Positions 55,856-64,000 of a DNA stretch of 64,000 nt are shown here, one piece after another. Positions within the stretch are counted from its first letter, which is position 1. The number at the start of each line of letters is the position of its first letter. This DNA comes from Macrostomum lignano (Eukaryota). Made by a program: the position numbers and the translations under genes. The stretch covers positions 1 through 64,000 of the forward strand of contig NIVC01002893.1 of assembly GCA_002269645.1 (NCBI GenBank), written 5' to 3'. The notes beneath the pieces were generated by a model. It was not told the origin of the DNA, ran no database searches, and saw only the letters and a list, made by a program, of their open reading frames with translations.

Positions 55856-56238
55856 AGGGATAGGGAGTGTTTTGGGGTGAGGGGGGGGGGCTTCTATAAG
55901 TCAGCCGTGCTAGAAGAGTTGCCAGTGAAACCAGGCCAAAAACCAGATCTAGGTTCTAGGCTTCTAGCTTACAATCTCCATGTTTCAGGTTCTCAATTAC
56001 TCGTATGACAAAATTAATCAGCTGTTTGAAGTCACCGTTAGTAGTCCAAGCCTCTGCAAAAAATCAGGCAACTGAAGCCTAAACAAAAAACTAACAAAAA
56101 ACAAGTACAAATCGCTATAATAAGCAAAACATTTCCAACAGTTCCAAACCGTTTCCTCTCTAACAAATCAGTCAATAGCTAGTGTATTTGCTGAACTAGT
56201 CCCATTCGTGAAAACGGCAACAATAGCGACGGTTCATT

Positions 56239-56664
56239 TCACTCCTGCTGCTCGTCAGTGCGCAGCTTCGAGCTGCCGTTCACCAGCCGGATGCCAAGCT
56301 GAGCAGCCCGCTCCACCATGCCTTTACGCTTCTTGGAGCTCACCGTGTGCGCAATGACCCCAGCATAACGCCTGTTCTCCATCATCAGCATCTCCAGCTC
56401 TCTAGCGTTGTGCACCAGCACGTGACGGAAGCCGTCCCTGTGAACGTGCTTAGTCCGCTTGTCGGATCCGAATCCAATCTGTGGCATCACCGACTGGCCT
56501 TTGAATTTCCTGCGCATCCGGTTGTCGATGCCTTTAGGCCGGCGCCAGCTTGGCTTGACGCGGTCGTAACGATCGCTATGGTGACGCTGGATGTGCTTGT
56601 TGCGCTTCTTAATGCACACCGGTTTGCGCAATGGTTTCACAGCATTGATACGCTTTGCTGCCAT
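56239..56664 (-). CDS. RPL32: 60S ribosomal protein L32 (eL32), uninterrupted CDS, divergent
   Basis: 141 aa with eL32 signatures KKR.K...[50 protein letters not shown]. Confidence 0.93.
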   Translation of the reverse strand: MAAKRINAVKPLRKPVCIKKRNKHIQRHHSDRYDRVKPSWRRPKGIDNRMRRKFKGQSVMPQIGFGSDKRTKHVHRDGFRHVLVHNARELEMLMMENRRYAGVIAHTVSSKKRKGMVERAAQLGIRLVNGSSKLRTDEQQE

Positions 56665-57989
56665 GGCAACAGGTTAGTAGCTGTAATATTTATGATCCAG
56701 GTTTTTTTGAGGAATTGCATTTGGAATGATGTAAATACCATTGTCAGTTAAGCTAGATTTTGACAGGAATACAGGATCCTGATCCTAAACTTTTACCTTG
56801 CTAGACTAGGGACATCAGCCATCATTCCCAATGTATCAATGTTGCTAAAAAATATGTCAACTTGATCACTTATTGGTCATTTGCCTATGGCCCCAACCCT
56901 ATCACCATTGTCACCACTCATATTAACCAAAAGGTGGCTTTAAAGCACACAGCGATATGTAAGCTTTTTCTTTAACTATCGGCAATCCTGAGTAGCTTTC
57001 AAAGTTTCTTTCTTTGAACCTTTGTTCAAATATTTAAGTCTTGTTGCCTCCTATAGATAGTCTAGATAATGGCCTTTATACTAGAAAATTCTGGCATATT
57101 TTTGCCTTTACTGATAATCTTGGTATACACTTGACTTGGCATACAAAATAGCCAAGTTCAGGCTTGGTGTATAAATAATATCATTAAATATCAATCAAGG
57201 AAAGCTTGGCCTAGAAAACAAAAAATAATAATGCAACTTATAAGAAAAACAAAAATAAAACAAAAAAAACTCATTAATTTTTCTAAAAATATATCTTCTA
57301 AAAGTTTGCATATAAGGGGCCTAAGCAACCTAATTTACATAGGCATAGAATTAAAAAAAAGAACTTTCATTTTGGCATATGCCTACCATAATATAGATTA
57401 CGCTAAGCTTATAGGTTGTATCTAGTTAGGAAAAAACTTCAAAGATACAAAGTTGTATTGAGGCCTCATAATGAAAAAAATATATGTCATTTATAAAACA
57501 AATATTAGATATAGCAAACATATCAAATCAGGCTTAATCTGTAACAAAAAGTACAGAGATTTTTTGTTATCTCTTCTACATATTAAGTAATAGGTAAGCC
57601 AACTTATACCTATGCCAAATTGCAAATCTTGTTATACAACACAAAAAAGTTAAAAAATTATGTAGAAAAAAATGAAAAAACTTTTTTATCAAAATTAAAC
57701 CATTTTTCATTTTTAGCATTTATCAATTTAGCATTTATCAACTAGCCATTTAGCCCCCCTCCGGGTGGCTTCTTAGCAGTTTAGCGCTTGTATATAAGCA
57801 GTTTTGCAGTCGCTGAGCAAATCTCACTAATCTCCGAGAAGTTCTGCAGTAGCAAATATCTAAGCAGTTGTACACCAATTTTACTGAGACTAAAAAGTTC
57901 TAAAAAGTTACATTTCTTAATGTTTGAAACTTTGCAATGTCAATTCATTTATAGTTCTTTTATGATTATTCATTATTTTCAAATGCTCA

Positions 57990-58660
57990 CCAGATTAGCA
58001 CTATTCTCCCATATTAGCCCTACACCCCCAGATTAGCCCCACTTCCCCCAGATTAGCACTATGCCCAGATTAGCACTGCGCCCAGATTAGCACTCAGCCC
58101 AGATTAGCACTCAGCCCAGATTAGCACTCAGCCCAGATTAACACTCAGCCTAGATTAGCACTCAGCCCAGATTAGCACTCAGCCCAGATTAGCACTCAGC
58201 CTAGATTAGCACTCAGCCCAGATTAGCACTCAGCCCAGATTAGCACTCAGCCTAGATTAGCACTCAGCCCAGATTAGCACTCAGCCCAGATTAGCACTCA
58301 GCCCAGATTAGCACTCAGCCTAGATTAGCACTCAGCCCAGATTAGCACTCAGCCTAGATTAGCACTCAGCCTAGATTAGCACTCAGCCTAGATTAGCACT
58401 CAGCCCAGATTAGCACTCAGCCCAGATTAGCACTCAGCCCAGATTAGCACTCAGCCCAGATTAGCACCGCTCCACAGATTACCGCCGCTTCCCAGATAGT
58501 TTCACCTTCCCAGATTAGCACTACTTCTCCAGATTTGCACCACTCCACAAAAATTCGCACCGCTACTTCCTCCAGATTAGCCCCAATCCCCCAGATTAGC
58601 CCCAATCCCCCAGATTAGCCCCCCCACTCCTTTATATTAGCCCCACTCCCTTAGATTAGC
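57990..58660. repeat. Minisatellite, 17-bp unit (CCCAGATTAGCACTCAG), degenerate at both ends
   Basis: About 23 clean copies at 58080-58470. Confidence 0.94.
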
Positions 58661-59182
58661 ACCACTCCCAAACTGCTAAAAGGTGACTACTATTATCGCC
58701 TCAGAAGTTTAAAGTTAAACCCTCCCCAGAAATTGGCAGTTATCCCCACAACAACCTGAAATTATCCCTTCTAATTCCGCAAAACAGACTGCAGTCATAC
58801 AACTCATTTGCACTCTACAACTTTTATTATTATTATTCATTTATCCCTCAGGGACCCATAATTGTACCTTCTGCAAGCTACAATTATTCACAGTTAAATA
58901 TCCGCCTCAGAAGTCTGCCATTATTATCCTAGCAGTCTGCAGCTATCCACTCGGCAGTTTGCTGCTTATACGCTCATAAGTCTCGAGAAACTAACCAACG
59001 TGAGCAGTTTGCAGTTTGTCCCCTTTGCAGTCTGCAATGATCCCTTCAACAATCTGCAGTTCCCCTTAGTAGTCTGCAGTCAATTCATTTGCAGTCAGCA
59101 AGTGTTTCCTTAATAATTCTCATTTATCCCCTCAGCAGTCTGCAGTTCTCTCAGCTGGCCCCTTAGTATTCTCAGCAAACTG

Positions 59183-59455
59183 CAATGATCTTTTCAATGG
59201 TTTAAAAATTTGCTCAGCATTTACGACAGCGCACTAATCAATTTTTGATACATATTGGCAGTCTTGCGCAACTCAGCATTTAGCAATACCTCAGCAGTTT
59301 AGCAGCATCATCTACTGCAATGATCCTTTCAACAATGTAAAAATTAGCTCAGCATTTTATGGCTCACTAATTGATTTTTGATACATATCGGCAATCTTTT
59401 GCACCACTCAGCATTTAGCAATACCTCAGCAGTTTAGCAGCATCATCTGCAGTTT
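59183..59455. repeat. Imperfect tandem duplication of ~130 bp
   Basis: CAATGATC..AAAAT..GCTCAGCATTT..CACTAAT..ATTTTTGATACATAT.GGCA..ACTCAGCATTTAGCAATACCTCAGCAGTTTAGCAGCATCATCT occurs twice. Confidence 0.8.
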
Positions 59456-59689
59456 AGTAATTTAATCCCCTGCAGTTTAGTAATATCTACTTCTATAGAC
59501 CTAGATAATAACAATTAATGGGATCTTAGGATTTTACAAATCAAATCAAATTTGCTTAGTGGCTTGTGCGAGTAGCAAAAATTAATTATTGTAATTAATA
59601 AAAAAAAATTAATTACAGTTAATCAGAAAATGTTCAAAATAGTCGAGGCAGAAGCTACTAATGAATGAATTTATTTAATTTTAATTCAC

Positions 59690-59772
59690 CGCTGGGGAGG
59701 CGGACTCGAACCTTGGACCTTATGCCTAGCCTAAACCTAGTCCTAGTGCCTACACTGCGGCTATTCTGCCTA
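59690..59772 (-). mobile_element. tRNA-like Pol III head (SINE head or tRNA pseudogene)
   Basis: The minus strand has an A-box-like TAGCCGCAGTG and a B-box GGTTCGAGTCC, but the acceptor stem does not pair. Confidence 0.45.
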
Positions 59773-62700
59773 CTGATCGGAGGGCGCAAAAATCAGCCAT
59801 ATATGCTTCGGCACTGCAGTCAAATACATAGCAGTGATAGGCTGCTCAGTGTGCACAGGTTGTATGCAGGCAGAGCTAATGCACAGTTGAGTGAAATCTA
59901 TTAATAGCAATTGTCTATGCAGTCCACCAGTCAGCCAGGGCCAGAATGTACACACGCAGCCACTGAGCATTATTTTCCTCTCCCTTATTGTGGCCAGTAT
60001 TGAGGCGTACACAGTGAACAGAGAAAAGTTGTGACGCAATCTTAATTGGAATTGAAATTCAGTTAGTGAGATTTTGACCTTTTCTAGCCTCCCATTGAAA
60101 GCATAGGGAAAACTCGTTTTTCGAATATTTAACCATCTTCCCATTCGAATTTTTTAAATGCAATTACACCCACACAATCTCACAAGAATTTGCAATTGAA
60201 TGAAGCAAGTTTGAAAAAAAATCGGTTTAGGCATTCAGGCTGTAGACTGGAATACCGGTCAAACCTTAGAGATTTAGTATATTGTGATTTGCTGAAAGCT
60301 GATTTGCCAAAAATCAATTTGCCAAAAGCAGGTTGTTTTGCTGAATAAATAAACAACAAATAAATAAATAAAATGATTAAATAAAGAGATAATATTGTTA
60401 AATGTTAAAATGTTAAATGTTTAAATAAATCAAGGTTGTTTCACTGAACAAATAAACAAGGAACAAATAAATAAAATTAACAAATGAAGAAATGAAATGT
60501 TAATTGTTAAAATGTAAAATGTCAAAATCAATCAATGACTTCAATAACAAATAAAGGTAACATATACAATGTTAAATGTTAGAATATAAAACATCAAATT
60601 CAATTAATAACCCCAAAAAACAAATAAATAACATTTAGAATATTGAGTATTAAAATAAAGACATTAAAATTATTCTAAGACCCCATCAATGTCCTGCACC
60701 ATGTTGAGGCAGTTGCAGGCATGAAGAAGCTGCTGCGCAGTAGTGAGAGAAAGGCAGAAAGGGATAGAGTGGGTTCTACTTTAGCTACTATAACATGCAA
60801 AAGTGTCTTTTGATATATATCATCTTAATTAATGCTATACAGCAATTTATACCAGTTGTTGTACAAAAAATATTCTCTTCATATTTTGTTTTCAATGTAA
60901 TCAACAAAAAACAAAAAAAATCAAAGTCACTCATAACCTTACACACTGTAAAGTCTAAAGATTGCAGTTTAATCTGAAAAAAATATATGTACAGGCCCAA
61001 ATTGGCCAAGTTAAAGATGATGTATTTGAGGTTCTGAAGTGAACAATACAATGTACATGAATCATGCTAACTAAGACAAGATGTACATTTATGTTAGAAT
61101 ACCTCACTCATTTAAAACAGTGAGTGATACAGTACATCACTTTTGAATTAGTGGATATCAAATTCCCAATCAGTACATTTTTGGAAAATTGACTTTTGGT
61201 AAAAAGGTATTTGGCAAACTGACTTTTGGCAAAAAGATTTTTGGCAAATCATCTAGGCCTAGTATTCCCTAAATAAATTGTCAATGCTAAAAATAAAATA
61301 TAAGACAAAAATAAAACAATAGGCCTAATTCAAAAAATTAAATGGGCCCTACAAGTTTTTTAATTTCAACAATTCTATTCTAGGTAAGGCCTAACATGAA
61401 CATTGAACAATATAAAATTTAAGGTATCCTAATAAAGATTGCATCACAATAAGTTGAAAACACTGTGCCAAGTTGAAAGACAGAAATTGCGTAACCATAG
61501 GCTTATTTTTAGACAGGCCTAATTTGATAAACCTAGAAGTAGGGGTAGGCTTAGAGGCCTAGTGCAAGTTTTCATTATAAAATTAAACCCCTGGGGTAAT
61601 TAGACCCAATTAAACATAGGGCCTAGGCCTAGACCTAGCTATAGTAGGGGGCTATAGCCACCAAAAAAGCAGAAAAACAGATACACCCTGTCTGACTTGC
61701 TATGAGATATGAATAGGCCCTAGTACTACATCTAGGCCTCAACTTGCCAGTTATATTAGGCCTACCACTACCACCTGGGGTTTTTTGTATAGATAGGCCC
61801 CCCTAGGGCTTATTTTCAATGTTGAATTTGACAAGTTTTTAAACGCGTCAGACGTTGGATTGGGTTAGAAAGACTCGGAATCAGAGTGGTTTTTGACATC
61901 CAGTCCTGGATCGATGGACCAACTAGCAATTGCCAATCGGCAATCGCCAATATTAATAGCATCAGCCATCAGTGAAAAGTGCAGGCGCAGCCAACATCTC
62001 TAGAGCCTAGGGCCTAGCCTAGAATATACACTGCTAAGCCTGTATGATGCACATAAGTTAGCTACCATTTTTATTTGTATTTGTACACTGATGACCCTTG
62101 GGGCCTGACGTCAACGACGACGTAACAAGTTACAAATCTAGAGAAAAAAGATCAAATTAATTGCATACTCGAATCTGACAATTTAACTTTTGACAAATTA
62201 TGTCAGTTGTGTTTTTAGAATTATACTGCAAGATAATATGATACACATTTATTTATTTTATGTCTGTATTTATTGATAATAATTATTTTATATATTGTCT
62301 ACATATTGCAATAGGTATTTATTTATTAAAGCGCAGGAGTCTATTTCTAAGAACTTAATGCTATTCAAATGCGTCCAAATTACAATAGTAAACTTAATTA
62401 ATATATCAAAACACATCTTCAAGACATTGTGGGATTGTGCATTTGTGTAGGCCTAATGTTTTCTTGTGGTAAATGTGGATGCTAATGTAATGTTAGACCT
62501 GAAAGTTCTGTTTCCCAAGTGTACACCAAGGCTCTTAGTGAAGAGTAAAAACAGGCCTATGGTTATGGTAGAATTTTCTGATATAAAACCATATATTGTA
62601 GTTCTAAACTATGGTTTATACTTTATAGGCCTTGAGAAGATAGAAAGCCTTGTGGTTGTGAGCTATTAGGATGGTCTTGTTAAGTAAATATACAAGATAG

Positions 62701-63186
62701 GCCTAATCTAATTCTTGACAAGTGATAAGAAAGAGTAGGCCTACCAGTGGTTCAACTTTAGCAGTTTTAGCCTAGTTTATTATATGCCTGTCATTGATTG
62801 ATATTTTAGGGTTTTCCATAAAAGCTATCTAGGCCTAGTCAATGTTCCTGATATTCTTTTTTACACAATGTTTATTTTAGTTTAGGGCAATATGCTTTTA
62901 ACTCTAACAATATCAAAGTAAATAGGCCTATAGTGGTTTACAAATAAATATTCCTTTTTATCTTATATTTTCTAGTCCTAGCCAAGCCATCTATAGTTCA
63001 GCTTGTGTATTAGACCTAGTGTATGCCAGGTTTAATGCCAGAAAAAATGACAAGATCTCATTTGTATGTTGGGTAGATTTGTGTACCAATATAAAAATTG
63101 TCATTCGACAATGTATATACTGTAATATATGCTGAGACATACTCTGATAGGCCTAGGCTATGCTAAAAAATGATAAGACCCTTGTG

Positions 63187-63320
63187 GTATGCTGGGAAAT
63201 CCCAGCATACATACCTATAGGAAAAAGTTGTAAAACCGCGGACGGTGTCCGGCGCACTTTTGAAATTTTTCTAAAGCGCAGCGCGCGCACAGGCGCAGCG
63301 CCTGCGCGCGCTGCCCTTTC
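63187..63320. promoter_or_regulatory. Putative promoter/regulatory patch: CpG-rich with two palindromes in AT-rich DNA
   Basis: Perfect 11-bp inverted repeat GTATGCTGGGA-AA-TCCCAGCATAC (63187-63210) and a GC hairpin GCAGCGCGCGC-AC-AGGCGC-A-GCGCCT-GCGCGCGCTGC (63278-63314). Function is inferred only. Confidence 0.35.
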
Positions 63321-64000
63321 TTACTGGCTGCTGCTCTAGCAAATACATATACATGGAAATGGGTATAATACCTCTGTTGAAGGGGCTTATACACTCGTAA
63401 TTTATTAAGCCTAGAGATGTTCCGCAAATTCAATTTCAATTTTCCAAAATTTGAAATTTTTTAGAGCGAATTTCAATTTCGAAATAAAATTTAGAAGTGA
63501 AAATTTTAGTAGTGTCTAAAAAGTCGCTAAAAATAAACTACTTTCTACTACATATACATGTATTACTTTTTGCTTAAGCAGTAAATTGAAAGTAAAAAAG
63601 TGAGTGTTGATCATACTAAACTTTGTTTTTCTGAATTATGATTTCGGGAAATTTCAATTTTGAGGGTGTGTATAAAAGCTGGCACTGGCACATTGGACAC
63701 ATTGGACACCCCTTTTTATAACAAAATTAGATATGAAAATGCAAAATAAACTTGCGGAGATACTTTTAAATAATTTAAAAAATTGATAATAATAGAAATG
63801 ACATCCTTGCTTTCGTGATAGATGATTTGTTAAATATTCTTTGTATCATCGATTTTTGTACATGTTTAATTTGGCATTCGATTTTTTAAAATAATCGCAC
63901 ATGCAAAAACTGCAGCTTGCAATGCTATTACACTGTGATTTTACTACCCCGAAGGTTCTGTACTACAGGCGTACCGATTTAATGCTAAATATGCCTGATA

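Noticed and set aside
59690-59772. Functional tRNA gene
   Set aside because: The acceptor stem does not pair and the anticodon arm is irregular; kept only as a Pol III-like remnant.

Overview
Eukaryotic (metazoan, invertebrate-like) genomic DNA with spliceosomal introns and roughly 24 kb of tandem repeats (my rough sum). The GC-rich exons among satellite-filled introns resemble the flatworm Macrostomum, which is inference only. Most ORFs in the supplied track are translated satellites. Real genes: (1) an intronless somatostatin/allatostatin-C-like class A GPCR at 569-1599, broken by at least 4 frameshifts; (2) three tandem multi-exon paralogs (15920-25961, 26674-30309, 32643-38687) of the UPF0489/C5orf22 family, each with an N-terminal signal anchor, a variable stem, conserved N-glycosylation sequons and an intact arginase/deacetylase-type metal-ligand set, the most interesting system here (candidate secretory-pathway metallohydrolases homogenised by gene conversion); (3) an 11-exon otopetrin proton-channel gene on the minus strand (40847-52044); (4) a divergent RPL32 with an uninterrupted CDS (56239-56664). 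Mobile DNA includes a P-like MITE with an 8-bp TSD, a foldback-like element, a tRNA/CORE-type SINE, two RTE-like LINE remnants and an RNase H remnant. Two intronic satellites consist of repeated copies of their own 5' splice site. The last 3 kb shows a strong dispersed AGGCCT enrichment next to a palindrome-rich putative promoter. No CRISPR, rRNA or intact tRNA was found.
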